Assembly (NCBI GenBank): GCA_044892505.1
Contig: CM097883.1
Coordinates: 232,686,001 to 232,750,000 of the forward strand
Reading direction: 5' to 3'
Source of the DNA: Schmidtea nova
Taxonomy: Eukaryota
Length of the DNA stretch: 64,000 nucleotides
Positions 38,162 to 51,914 of this stretch are shown here, one piece after another. The position numbers were made by a program, and so were the translations under genes. Positions within the stretch are counted from its first letter, which is position 1; each line of letters opens with the position of its first letter. The notes beneath the pieces are model-generated. The model was not told where the DNA came from. It saw nothing but the letters and a program-made list of their open reading frames with translations, and ran no database searches.

Positions 38162-40402
38162 CATTTAAAGAAAAAAAGTATCCAACCCCTTAGTTTTTTA
38201 AAAATTATTTTGAAGTAATGCTGTCTAATTATTTAAATTATAATATATTTATATGGAGTACGAAACTTATTTTTGTATGAGATAATTTTATGAACAAAAT
38301 TATAATTTTTATCAAGTATCTGACTACTTTATGAAACATAAATTTATTTTAACGTTTTACAAAATAAAATAATTCAATTCAATATTAAGTCCACAAGCCT
38401 TTAGAATAGTGTTGTCCAAACTGTGTGCCGTGAAATTTTTTTTAAAAAAGTCAAAAAACCCTGTTTTTCCAAACAACTTAATAAAATGAAATTGAATTGT
38501 GGATATTTTAACAGTTATTTCAAATTTAAATGATAATCAGTCAATTAAGTGTGAAATTTATTTGTTTACAATCCTATTTATATTTCTTACTAGAAATATT
38601 GACTAAAATACGTAAGCAGCTTAATTATGTTTATTTATATTCTGTCTGAATTGTCTGAATTTTAGGTTTTTGTTAAAGACGAATATCCAAATTTGAGTAA
38701 GAAGGCAATTGAAATATTATTACCATTTGGTTCTTCTTATCTCTGTTAACTGGGATTTTCAACTCTTACCACAATTAAATCAAAGAAGCGGGAACGTATA
38801 GTTAACATTGATAAGAATTAAGAGTTTGTTTGTCAAAAATTCCACCACAATTGGAACTTATTTGTTCGGAACATCAAAAATTTTTTGTTCGGAACATCGA
38901 AATCTCATTAACTATGTGTTATGAATTTTTCATTCACTAATTTTTCTAAATTTAAAATATTTTACATTAAATTTATTTCAAGTAAATAAGTTTTTCATTT
39001 CTTATTAAAAGATTAGTAAAAGTGCAATAAAAAATTGCAAATAAAGCAAAAAAAAATTTAGGTGTGCCGCGAAAATTTTTAATTCAGCCAAGTGTGCCGT
39101 GGCTCAAAAAAGTTTGGACAACACTGCTTTAGAACGTCTGATATCATCAATTCTATTTGATATTGATTTATCTAGTTTATTATAATAATCAGAAGTCATA
39201 TACTTCCAACATTTCCCATAATATCTGGTAGATCTTTAAAGTTTTGAATACATTCTTAATAAATTTTATTTTTAAGATGAAATCATAAGTTTTTAATTCA
39301 GGCCTGGACTTTGAGTTGACCATGTAAACACTTCTATTTATTAATTTTGAACCATTCTTTGAATTTTTATCAGCATGCTTTGGGACATTATCCTGTTGAA
39401 ATATGAACTTCTTCCAATTAAGCGTCTTGCAGATCATACCATATGATCTGAAAGGATCATAACATACTTAATAAATGCAAAAGTATCATTAATAATGTGA
39501 AAATCACCTGTTCTATTGCTATTGAAACAGCCCCAGACCACAACGGACTGATAATATACTATATACTACTGATATATACTACTGATAATATACTTTTATT
39601 ATAATAATATAATATTTGATAAACTGTTTTACATTTTTAGATTTAAATGTGTCTCCAGGCATTTTCTAAGCCCATTGCCTTCCGTCACTACCGTCCAAAG
39701 CATATTTTTGTTTCACCTTTTTCCGATCATTTACATCCAATTTTGTCTTTTTTGATATAATGTCTTTTTAAAGTGTTTTTAACCAATGATCTACTATATA
39801 AACCGTGTTAATTTAGTATTTTTTGAAATGTTCTTGGTGATATATCCGCTATATTCATTTTTGTTAACTGTTTTGAAATATTAATGGCATTTGGATCTTG
39901 AAAATTCTCACATAACGCAAAATGTTGGTGGCAATTTGTTTAGTTGTCTTTCTAGGTTGATCTATTTGTGGTAAACTTTAAAGTGTCTTGAACTGTTAAT
40001 CTTGTTAATGCACAGTTGTTTTTGAACGTTTGAAAGAACTTAAATAGTTTTTTTAGTAGTTTTATTTATAATTATTTTATAACGGGTCTTTTTTTAAAAA
40101 AGATAATTATTATTTACTTGGATATTTTAATTTCTTGATTATATTTTTTCTTTAACAATATTTATAAAGAATTAGCAAAAATATTATTATAATTAATATC
40201 TAAAATTTCACAAAGTGGTCGGATACTTTTTTCTTGATAAAATTATAATTTTGTTTATAAAGTTATCACGTGCATAAGTAATATTATATAAGACAATAAC
40301 TTTTTGTGCTCTATATAAATATATTATAATTGAAATAATTAAACAGCATTACTTCTAAATAATTTTAAAAACTAAGTTGTCCGGTACTTTTGTCTTTAAC
40401 TG
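38162..40402 (-). mobile_element. Tc1 element with long IR/DR-type inverted repeats, decayed
   Basis: ~180-200-bp inverted repeats (38162-38340 vs ~40200-40402), each with an internal direct repeat; transposase remnants (FIFQQDNVPKH, VWGCF) at 39189-40000. Confidence 0.8.
38407..39126 (+). mobile_element. Internally deleted hAT (Buster/Charlie-like) nested in the Tc1
   Basis: TIR (C/T)AGTGTTGTCCAAACT; perfect 8-bp TSD CTTTAGAA; C-terminal remnant EYPNLSKKAIEILLPFGSSYLC*LGFS. Confidence 0.93.
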
Positions 40403-41361
40403 TGTATATTTAATAAATTTAGGTTACCCGACAAACGTAATGAAATAAGCTCCCGAAAACAAATTTAATATTTTCAAAATTAAATAGCAACAGGAAAGAC
40501 ATTGTTCGCATGATTAAATATTCCGAGCAGCGGTGTCATTACCAATATATTTTATAAATTTTCTCATTGCCCCTAGACCCTCCGATGATTCTTTCGTACC
40601 CTCAATTGAGTCAATTAATTAATTTTTTTAATTAATTTTTTTTTATTAATTTAATTCTTTATGATTTGTATTCATTTAACATTTTGATTTTATTAATAAA
40701 TAAAAAAGAAATATATAATTTTCAAAAGAAATCAAGTAAAAGAATAAAAACACAAAAAGTCTATGACAATCGAAATAATTATAGGGAAGAACAGCTTCGA
40801 AAAATTAAATATATTAAATTTACTAGACAATAAGAGAAGATAAAGTTGAACAAGAAAAATTATAATATTATATAATATTATAATATACTTATAATATAAT
40901 TATAATATAATTATATAATTATAATATAATTATAATATAATATAATGATAATTAAATTATATCTCGAGCATGAAAATGAATCGCATTGTAACATATATGA
41001 CCTTATACGTGAATTGATGAATTTCTAAACTTTGCTGACAACGAAAAATGGCGATAAATAGAATAAATTAAGTTTTGTTACACGACATATTCCATATTCA
41101 ATAAGTTACTGGACAAAATTGTGATAAATAAATGAAAACTATTTTTAAAATAATAATTGAAAAAAGGCAATGGCGAAATTTACTAGAAAATAACGAAAAA
41201 AAATTATTAATTTACATCGTCGAAAACCAAGTGAAGATAAATGAAATTAGAAAGAAAAATACAGATCAAAGATGAACAAAAAAATAAATGATTTTACGTA
41301 AAACTATTTAATACATTATTAGTCACATTTTGAAATTAATAAGCAAATTGACTTAATAATT

Positions 41362-41366
<5 letters not shown>

Positions 41367-41431
<65 letters not shown>

Positions 41432-41570
41432 CATAATTATCTTTTTTCACCTTTGATCTTTTTTTATTATTATCAATAATTCTCATAATGACTATAGATC
41501 AAAAAAATTTTTTTATAAACAATAACACAATATTTCGGCACAGCCTTTATCAAGTGTGTATTATTGATAA

Positions 41571-41624
<54 letters not shown>

Positions 41625-41838
41625 CATCATCATCATTATCATTTTCATTTTCATTATCATAATCATAATTATCTTCTTGTTTCACCTTTGATCTTTTTTT
41701 AATATTAATATCAATAATTCCCATAATGTTAAGACTATAGATCAAAATTTCTTTAAACAAGTACACAATATTTCAGCACAGCCTTTATCATGTGTGTAAA
41801 TATTGTGCCGAAATATTGTGTACTTGTTTAAAGAAATT
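41367..41838. repeat. Tandem (ATT)n + foldback arm duplication ending in a 35-bp hairpin
   Basis: (ATT)n tracts at ~41367-41430 and ~41570-41623, each followed by the same arm; stem 41746-41780 / 41804-41838 with one mismatch. Confidence 0.8.
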
Positions 41839-41873
41839 ATTATTATTAATATTTTAATTTAAAAAAAAATTAC

Positions 41874-41940
41874 TTTAGGACTAAACGGGGATTTAATTTT
41901 CAATTTTCTTAACTTCTCCCAGTCATACCCTTGGAAATAC
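41874..41940 (-). CDS. PRKG1: PKG exon, start of the AGC tail
   Basis: YFQGYDWEKLRKLKIKSPFSPK; follows a 47-nt intron. Confidence 0.9.
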
Positions 41941-41987
41941 CTGAAATCGGTGTCAAAACAATTTTCAACAATTATTTTCAAACGTAC

Positions 41988-42179
41988 TTATGAGATTTGA
42001 TGTCCTGAAATCCATTCTTTCCATTTCCTAATCGTTCCGGTGGACTTTTACAACAAAGTTGTGTGATGAAACTGATCGCTTTTGGAGAAAGTTTTTTATT
42101 ATGCGTCATATCTATGGATTCTAAACCTTTCAATATCATCGAATAAATTTTCATCGGGTCAGATGCGGAAAATGGAGGC
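41988..42179 (-). CDS. PRKG1: PKG exon, C-lobe
   Basis: PPFSASDPMKIYSMILKGLESIDMTHNKKLSPKAISFITQLCCKSPPERLGNGKNGFQDIKSHK. Confidence 0.93.
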
Positions 42180-43405
42180 CTAGAATGGAAACAAATACAA
42201 ATACAAATTCAATTATTNNNNNNNNNNNNNNNNNNNNNNNNNNNNNNNNNNNNNNNNNNNNNNNNNNNNNNNNNNNNNNNNNNNNNNNNNNNNNNNNNNN
42301 NNNNNNNNNNNNNNNNNNNNNNNNNNNNNNNNNNNNNNNNNNNNNNNNNNNNNNNNNNNNNNNNNNNNNNNNNNNNNNNNNNNNNNNNNNNNNNNNNNNN
42401 NNNNNNNNNNNNNNNNNNNNNNNNNNNNNNNNNNNNNNNNNNNNNNNNNNNNNNNNNNNNNNNNNNNNNNNNNNNNNNNNNNNNNNNNNNNNNNNNNNNN
42501 NNNNNNNNNNNNNNNNNNNNNNNNNNNNNNNNNNNNNNNNNNNNNNNNNNNNNNNNNNNNNNTTGTTCAGTGGAAATTAAATTACATTATGCGCAGAGAA
42601 CATTGAAAATAGCAAGGTGTTTCAAATATTACAATTTTCTTAAATAAAAATTCTTATATCTTATTTACGTTTTATTATGTTTAAATTGTAATTTTGAAAG
42701 AATTGTTTTATAATTTTTATACGATAGAAAGAAATCGAAATAAAACAGTTTAAAAAGCAGCTTTGTCAATTTTTGAGCTACTAGCTGTATATAACGCCTG
42801 TCAAATGACTGTCGCATTTTTTAAAAAATTTTTCTAAAATTTTATGAGTGGAAAAGGACCAACAGATATTATATAATACTATGCCAAATTATGTCGTGAT
42901 TTACATATCAACAGCAGTGGTCAATTTTGAATTTTTATAATTTTTAAACTTTATTATTATTAACTAAGTTCTTGTTTATTTAAATCAATTTAGTGTTTTG
43001 TCTATGAGAGTGGGATTTATAATGATTTGAATTGGTTAGAATTAATTTTGATTTATTTTGAAAATGAAGTTCAAGATGAAAGTTTCTACAATGATCGGTT
43101 TATTAATTGATGTATAGACAAATTTGTCAATGATCTAGTTTCAATTATTTGTTGGAAATGAAATATATTCTCTCATTTATCTGAAACATACCAGTCGGCA
43201 TTCATGGGTTTCATCCACATCTCATAAATTCTTATTGATGTTTGGATTCATTACGTTGACACAGTTATTTATGAAATATAAAATTAAATCAGTGGCCTAT
43301 AAAGCTTTGAGGTCTTTCATTGATGATAAGTTATATAAAATGCTGGAAGAGTAAAATCTTAGATATACAGTGATTTTGTTTTTACCAATAAAGAAAATCT
43401 GACTA

Positions 43406-43905
43406 ATGCAATGTCCTCTCTATAAATTACGAATTCATAATTTAGAAGTCGTTCCCGAGAAACAAACATTGCTATTGACTGAAGTTTCTATCAATTCAAA
43501 TGCCAACAGAGAAAAGATTGCTCCATTCACGTTTGAAACTTTAAATGCTCTAACTATCTATGACTCTATTCAAGCTATGTTATCTTTTGATGCTTCTAGA
43601 AGAACAACTGGTATTTTTTAAATTCAGGAGATGTAACCAATTCAGTTCCCATTTTCGAAGTATACGCTTTACCTCATGCTATTGGTAGAATTGAATTAGC
43701 AGAAAGAGACCTAATTGATTATTCAATGAAAATTATAACGGAGTGGAACACAGTTTAAAAACTACTGCTGAGACAGAAATTACCAGAGATATATAAGAAA
43801 AACTATAATATATCGCTGTTGATTTTGAACTTGAAATGCAAACAGCTGTCTCTACATCGTCTTTAGAGAAAGATGTGCATGATAAAACAGTAGAGATAGG
43901 GATTG
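43406..43905 (+). pseudogene. Actin pseudogene fragment (central part, about residues 90-250)
   Basis: NLEVVPEKQTLLLTEVSINSNANREKIAPFTFETLNA...[16 protein letters not shown]...SGD...[26 protein letters not shown]...DFELEMQTAVSTSSLEK; stops and frameshifts; no introns. Confidence 0.93.
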
Positions 43906-44759
43906 GTTACACACCAAACTGAAGCTGGTAAAAATCTGTGCTGAAATATCATGTACCTAACAACCACAAAAGAAATTTGATCTACAATCTTACAAATATT
44001 AATTTGAAAAATATTGAATTATAAAAAAACAATAGAATTATGAAAAAAAATTTGATATGGATCAAATAAATTCAAAATATACTTGTAACAATTCATAATG
44101 CATTAACCCTAATTACGAATGTAGTTTGAAAAGTACAAATTTCTGTGAGATGACGCCTCATTTTATTTATTTTTTTTGTTTATGAGAACGCGACTATGAT
44201 AATGTTTTCCTTATTTTAAAGCGTAGTTGTCTTTCAATAGCAACCTGGGTAATTGAAAAAAATAACTTTTGTGCGTTCTGAAACACAATTATTAGAAGAA
44301 TCATTATTTGAATACATTGTTAAATGCATGGGTGTATTATGTCATTTAATACAAAATACACCTGATGTGCCAGGCTTGTCATTCGACCTAATGATATTAA
44401 TTAAATAACAACATCTCTAAATTGAATCTGCTATAACTAGACTATTCGAATGTTACACTCATGTGACATTATTTGAGGCTTGATTGAAAATATAGAAATA
44501 CAGAATTAGTCTATAGGATTTTCAATTCTAGTTAATGTTTTTTTATTTCAATTTAATTTTTATAATTAATTTTCGTAGTTTTTCATTTCAAAATGGTATA
44601 TTTTCATTTCAAATTGAATTTATTTCACTTTGATTTAATTTTAATACAACACGTGTTGAAAATATACTATAGGCGATAAAAAATTAGCGATAAAAAATAT
44701 ACCATATGGTTTCTAAAAGCTTATATTAAGCATAAAACTATTTTTAATCCACAATTTCA

Positions 44760-45540
44760 AGTCCCTGTATTGATAAACGAATATATCTTTTCATATTCTT
44801 GTAATAGCCCTCTCAATCAGTTTGGCTCAAGGTTCTCAATCCATCATTCATTGCTACCATCAGTTCTTCTTCATTCATTGGGTTAGATCGTCTTACAAAA
44901 TCTTTTCATTTCGAGAATAAATTCTCGATTGGGTTCAGGAAAAGTGAATAAGGCGGGAGGAATTCAACTCGAATGTTCCGCGTAGAGGTCAATTCCATTA
45001 TTCGTGCGCTCTTATGAAACGCCACATTGTCCATCACCAGTACACAATTCATAACATTGCGATCGACGATAGTCAGCGAATTCATCGACATATCCAACAA
45101 AAGAAGCGGTGTTGTATGGTGCGTGGCTCAACTTCCAAAACACCAAGCCATTCTTGGTCATAACACTACACACAGATAAATTTTTAGAACGAATATTCAG
45201 AACGATTAAATTTGCTGGACTTCCAACGATTGAGTGTCCCTTCTTGCATCTAATAGATACATAGAATCCAACTTCGTCTAAGAAAAAAATATCTTCTCCG
45301 GCATAAGACTCTTCAATTTCCAAATATCTTGCAGCGTAGACCCTTCGCAATTCAATCGATCTAGCGCCATTACGTCTTGTTGGTATCGGAGTTAGTTTTT
45401 TAAGTGTATAATGAATATTTTCAGGCAATAGAATATGGTTGATATTGCAATTTTTATGTCATAATTTTCCTGCAGTTTTCCTTGGATATGCCTTAGTGAT
45501 AAAATATCGTGTGCTCAATTGTTATTTGTATGACTGTGGA
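44760..45540 (-). mobile_element. IS630-Tc1-mariner DD34E transposase relic
   Basis: FFLDEVGF (45012-45428), VMDNVAFH and FLPPYSLFLNPIENLFSK (44906-45100); frameshifted; TIRs not resolved. Confidence 0.88.
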
Positions 45541-45699
45541 CATGTCTAGTTGCATGTAGCAGTTGTTCCGTAATTTTGACTACATATCACTAAGAGGTAT
45601 ATGTCCATTTACCTGACAATGTACTAGGTTTACAACTAGGTTTAACAACAAATGAAATATAAAATAACGAAACTAATAATTAAAAATAAAGTTTCTCAC

Positions 45700-45863
45700 A
45701 TTCCATTGAGTAATTCATAAGTTAATATCCCCAATGACCATAGGTCGGCTGATGAATCATGACTTTTATTGAGAATAATTTCAGGTGCAACATATTCAGG
45801 AGTTCCACAGAATGTCCAAGTCTTTTTCCCGTTTTCCAGTCTCTTTGCAAACCCAAAATCACA
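45700..45863 (-). CDS. PRKG1: PKG exon, DFG and activation loop
   Basis: [54 protein letters not shown]; gtgaga donor. Confidence 0.95.
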
Positions 45864-47555
45864 CTTAATTATTTATTTAAATCGTTAATATAATTACAAT
45901 AAATTATGAAATTATTTATAAAAATTAAAGATTTTTCTGGAGATAAAATCAAACTTAACATATTCAATAAAAACAATGTGACCAACTCTCATATTGCAGA
46001 ATAGGTCTGGTTAAGGAGTGGAAGATTCAAATAATTAGAAATTAAAAATACGAAACAATATCGACCAAAAGGTTTCTACGAATTAGGTAAAATTGANNNN
46101 NNNNNNNNNNNNNNNNNNNNNNNNNNNNNNNNNNNNNNNNNNNNNNNNNNNNNNNNNNNNNNNNNNNNNNNNNNNNNNNNNNNNNNNNNNNNNNNNNNNN
46201 NNNNNNNNNNNNNNNNNNNNNNNNNNNNNNNNNNNNNNNNNNNNNNNNNNNNNNNNNNNNNNNNNNNNNNNNNNNNNNNNNNNNNNNNNNNNNNNNNNNN
46301 NNNNNNNNNNNNNNNNNNNNNNNNNNNNNNNNNNNNNNNNNNNNNNNNNNNNNNNNNNNNNNNNNNNNNNNNNNNNNNNNNNNNNNNNNNNNNNNNNNNN
46401 NNNNNNNNNNNNNNNNNNNNNNNNNNNNNNNNNNNNNNNNNNNNNNNNNNNNNNNNNNNNNNNNNNNNNNNNNNNNNNNNNNNNNNNNNNNNNNNNNNNN
46501 NNNNNNNNNNNNNNNNNNNNNNNNNNNNNNNNNNNNNNNNNNNNNNNNNNNNNNNNNNNNNNNNNNNNNNNNNNNNNNNNNNNNNNNNNNNNNNNNNNNN
46601 NNNNNNNNNNNNNNNNNNNNNNNNNNNNNNNNNNNNNNNNNNNNNNNNNNNNNNNNNNNNNNNNNNNNNNNNNNNNNNNNNNNNNNNNNNNNNNNNNNNN
46701 NNNNNNNNNNNNNNNNNNNNNNNNNNNNNNNNNNNNNNNNNNNNNTTGGGACCCTTCGTATGGGGCTCTTTGATAATTTTTTAAACAAAAATGTTACTTC
46801 GTTAATGTTTTTAAATATATTTAAATTAAATAATTAAACTTTATTTTATTACAATAAATAAAGAAAAAAAAATTATTTATCTCAGATTTCACTAATGGCT
46901 ATTTTTAAACTTTTTTTTAAATTTTGGAAAAAGCGAACAAATTTTTTATCGATTTTTACAATCATTTTAAAATACAACTTTTTAAACAAAAAAGAAATTT
47001 TTTTAAACCACATGGTCAACGACAGTATTAGTCTATGTGGTGAACACAACATTTGGGTATGATGATCTGTTTTATATTAGGCGTTTTTTTAGTGTTATTA
47101 ATATGGAGTTGGATCCCCCCCCATCCATGCATATTAAGGGCAACAATTTCAACATCATTTGCAGGCTTATAAACAGAAACATTGGACTCAAAATTAATCA
47201 AACATTTATATAATTCTTTTAGTTCATCTTCAGAATTTTCTTGCTTATCTAATTCGTTTTCTATTTATTTTTGAAATTATTTTTAAAATTTGAATTTTAA
47301 AAATAATTAAGCTTACTCTAGTAAGAAACTATAGTAAGCTTACAAATAATTAAAAAATTGATCGAAAATAATAATAATAAACAAACTACTGAAATTATTA
47401 ACAGAATACGGAAAATTACCTACAACAATCTGATAAAACTAATAAATAAATTAACGGCAATACGATTAACAACCAGAAAAGAAGATAAAAAAGAAATAGA
47501 TTGCATCCATCGAAATAACAAAAACGACAAATTAAAAATATAAAATTACTATAAA

Positions 47556-47781
47556 GAAAGATATCATAAATTCAATTTCCCAACGCGAATTAGTCGAATA
47601 ACGTGGAAAGTCTAATATACCATCCAACGGAAGACGAACTCAAATATAGAAACAATTAACTGATTAAGAAAGATATCTTAAATTCAATTTCCCAACGCGA
47701 ATTAGTCGAATAACGTGGAAAGTCTAATATACCATCCAACGGAAGACGAACTCAAATATAGAAACAATTAACTGATTAAGA
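47556..47781 (+). repeat. 112-bp tandem duplication (2 copies)
   Basis: caacgcgaattagtcgaataacgtgg... recurs at 47581 and 47693. Confidence 0.9.
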
Positions 47782-48013
47782 GTACTCCAAGAATCCAAAG
47801 TCCCAAATCGAGAAAGAATCAACTGATTACGTGAGTGAAGTTTTTGTACCAAATATAGTTCGTTATTGAAATACGTTTGTTCGTTAATTTTTTTTTAATT
47901 TTGGATTAGTTGTAACTTTGTGCACTACACAACACACACCCCGAGTGTCCCAACATTAAATTGGAGACTCTCTCGGGTCCTACAGCTTCTCCTACACAAC
48001 CCTCATTCATTCA

Positions 48014-48080
<67 letters not shown>

Positions 48081-48745
48081 AGCATAGATAAATTAGCATA
48101 TATAAGTTTATATATAAATAGAGCATAACAGTCTATATTTAATCTTAAATAAGAAAATGACACAATAACGCAAATGTATTATGACTCAATAAATCAAATT
48201 AATATCTAATGAATTTATTGTTGATTGAATATTTATCGAAAATGGATTCGACAATTAATATTCGATTTGCCAGTTAAAATTAATATTTTAAAATAAAATG
48301 TATCAAAATTTCTATAAAAAAATTTCCAATTTTAAATTACTAATTGTTTATAAAAAGAAATGTGTATTTTGCATGTTCTTTATTAATTAAAAAATTAATT
48401 AATAAATGAATTTAATTTACATTCATTCGTGGAAAAATTTAGAAATCCAGATTGTTATACTTCAAGAAGGTCTATGATAATTTGATTTTACTGTTAGAAA
48501 TGTAAAATATGTTAAAATAATCATTTAATTGTTAAGAAAACACATATATAATATACAAAATATTTCTAAAAATATTAAGTAATATAAATAATATTTTTTG
48601 TACTAATTCAACTATAATTGTGCAAACTCAATAGTTAGAAATAGATTTGTTGGGTATTTATTTCAATATTAGTCGGTGATGTTGTTTGAATCGTTGGTGT
48701 TCTTATGAGATTGATTCATGAATCCCAACACAGTAAGATTTATTA

Positions 48746-48811
<66 letters not shown>

Positions 48812-49440
48812 CAATCTTTACAACACGTATTCAATAGAATTCTATAATAACAATTTTCTTTGCACAATTTCAACAATCTTTATCTGCCCTACTTTTTAAA
48901 ATTAACAGCGTATGGATAAGTCTCCCATAAGAAGATCTACGAAGAATAATTTTGATTCTGACTGACACTGACACTTTTGTACTACAATTAATCACTTATT
49001 ATTTTTTTCTTCGACCACTGACGTGAATATTAGATTTGATTTTTTTTATACTGTTTTTTTAATTGAATGAATCTTCTCTTTGATTGTATTATTCGTCAAC
49101 GCCTCTAGCTAATTTTGTCCTAAACATAATTATGTTATTTTGATTCGGGTTTCCCTTAACGCTGTGTTTTTTGATCTTTTTTTTTTAATTTTCGAAATTT
49201 TAATTCATATTTGTACTTTAATTATCATTTTTAAATGTTTATGTTTTTATTGATTTGCACATAGTTTTTGAGAGTTTTCTTTTATTTGTGCTTGTTCAGG
49301 TAAACCGCGACAGATTTTAAAATTAAATTTTAGCCATTAAATTATTATCATTTAGTAACATTTTGTGACATTTTATAATATAGTTCATTCACCCTTTGCA
49401 ACTGTTTGCGGACATTTGTGTAATAATATGTAAAAATATA

Positions 49441-49983
49441 CGTCTAATGTTAACCAGATTAGATCATAAGAATTTTTGCAAGGTCACTCTCCCTGTAAGT
49501 AGTAGGATGTGTCCCCTTCTGATGAAGTATCACCAGGGTTACATAATAATTGACCATGGATATATATATTATGTAATAAGATATATAATAATACACAATA
49601 ACTGACCTTATTATATAACATTTGATCATCGAATACGCAACAGTTGACCCCCAATTACGCTATATTTGTCCCTATTACACCATACTTGACCCCGATTACC
49701 ACATATTTAACCCTAATTACCTCTTATTTGACCTTTGACCCATGTTTCATCATACTTGATCTTTGACCCCAGTTGACCTCTACACCTTGACACCTAGTTG
49801 CTAAGTGGTGTCACGCGTACTCACTTACACACATGATAACTCATTTACATAATCACTAAACGCTTACTAACCCATTCACACATGTACTTCCCACTCCATT
49901 TGTATAACTGTGCCAATGAACCACTGAATCACTGTACCACCTTGCAAAAATTCTTATGATCTGATCGGGTTAACACTAAACGA
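49441..49983. mobile_element. Non-autonomous element with ~44-bp inverted repeats and TGACC/TGACCCC-rich interior
   Basis: cgtctaatgttaaccagattagatcataagaatttttgcaaggt is inverted at ~49940-49983; about 10 TTGACC-like motifs inside. Confidence 0.7.
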
Positions 49984-50495
49984 TTCGTATTTATTTCTTG
50001 TTAGTACATATGAATACAATATAAATGATCATGTTGCACAATATTAAATGAGCATCTAGAGATAGTAATTGAAATTAAACGAATGCGCATGCTATTTCTA
50101 ACTGCAGTAGGCCATCGTTAATCAGTAATTGAAAATCTTCAAAGAAAAATTACGATCATCGAAGCAAAAGAATTAAATAAATATTACAATATTTTATGAT
50201 CAATCATATGATGTTAAAGTAAAATAAACGCGTTTAAAGAGCTCTGGAAATGCTTAACAAAATAAGAAATTAATAATATAAAATTTTTGCAGTTATGAAT
50301 AAAAAATATTTTTCTTAGTGAAACTTGCGATAAGGTTATATCCATTTTGTCGATGAAAGTAGATGTTACTTAAATGGATAAAATGAAAATGAAATATGTA
50401 GAGAAATTTATTGGATCAAAAACAAACGTGGCGTTGAGCTATAAATGATCTCATAAATGTTGTTAACAAATTTTAGACAAATACATAAAATTTAC

Positions 50496-50640
50496 CAATT
50501 TCAAATTTCCAGTTTCTCCCGAAATCAGAAGATTTTCGGGCTTCAAATCTCGGTAAATTATATTTCTTCCATGAAGATATTCAAATGCTTCAACGACGCA
50601 ACTCAAACAAAACCTCGTTGTCATATCGTCAAAGAATGCT
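50496..50640 (-). CDS. PRKG1: PKG exon, catalytic loop
   Basis: AFFDDMTTRFCLSCVVEAFEYLHGRNIIYRDLKPENLLISGETGNLKL (inside ORF 50463..50693). Confidence 0.95.
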
Positions 50641-51721
50641 CTAAAGATAATTAACAGTGAAATTTTCGAAAAATTATAAAGGATTTTCAACATATTTATT
50701 GATTTTGTAATTTTTAAAATTTAAAATTCTGAATTTATAGAACACATTTTATCATCATTTCTCATTTCAACTACAGAGCAATATTTAACACAAATTTTCG
50801 CCGCTGCCTTTTTCAAGTATTACTTAGTCAAATAAATTTAGACAAATTTGAAATGTAAGATCAAAATTCGAAAAGATAAATGATTTTACTTATAGAAATT
50901 TATTTTAATAAACACGCGCCGTTTTTAAATTTTTACCGTTAATTATCAGATAAAATGTTATGCCAAGAGATATTTAACAGAAACTGTTGTTTTATTTATC
51001 ATGAAAATAAGTCATATATGATGTAAAATCTAACCTAAGTTCTCATAAAAAACACAAAGTTTTTTAATTTTTATGATAATCATGGGCAGTTTAAACTATA
51101 AAATTGTGTAAAAATTAAATAAGCTGTGTTCGCTAACACATTTCATGCACTCACTACTTTAAATAAATTAGTAAATAACAAAATAAGCCCTTGTTCCAAA
51201 ACAATTTTATTAAGAGAGAAAATTTTCTCACTTAATAAAATTGTTTTGGAGCAAAGGCTTATTTTGTTATTTATTAATTTATTTAATACTTCATGCTGCT
51301 ACCAAGGAATCACCATTTTAAACACTTACTGCTTTGTGTTGTAATCAGGTTTGTCAAATATCACCAATGAGCAATAATTTTAAAAAACGATTAATATTCA
51401 AGAATTGGTTTAAGAATTATAAATTTTTTTCTAAGTTGTGAAAAAGCTAATAAACTAAATGGTAAATTTAATATAAAATTTTTTTAATTTCTTGGTAAAT
51501 TTTTAAAAAAAAGTATTAGAAATCTTATGAATGAATTATTAAAGATCATGAAATTATAACAGTATGAAAATTTAGTTTGATGCTAAATTTGTATGAGATT
51601 TCTTTTTGAATTCGTTTAAAAATATCCCAATGACATTTTTAAAAGTCATAACAAGAAAATAAAAATATAATTTTTTGAACATATTCTTAATTAGTTGACA
51701 TGGGGTCAGTTACTTCAAGTA

Positions 51722-51914
51722 CGGGTAACCCTCGTTTAACGCGGTACTTATTTTAAAATTATTTTAAATGTTAGATAATTTTTTTCAAAATATAATTAAA
51801 TTTTTAACTTCTTTTCTTATTATAATTTTTTTATTATATGTAGATTTTTAGTTTTATTTAACCCGGTTTAAGATAACACGGAACTAGTAAACCGAGTTAA
51901 ACGAGGGTTGCCTG
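51722..51914. mobile_element. pogo/Tigger-type MITE
   Basis: TIR C(G/A)GG(T/C)AACCCTCGTTTAAC, flanked by TA on both sides. Confidence 0.85.

Noticed and set aside
41473-41766. Poly-Asn and poly-Ile ORFs (also poly-IY ORFs at 15708, 17879, 25132)
   Set aside because: Translations of (ATT)n and (TA)n microsatellites.
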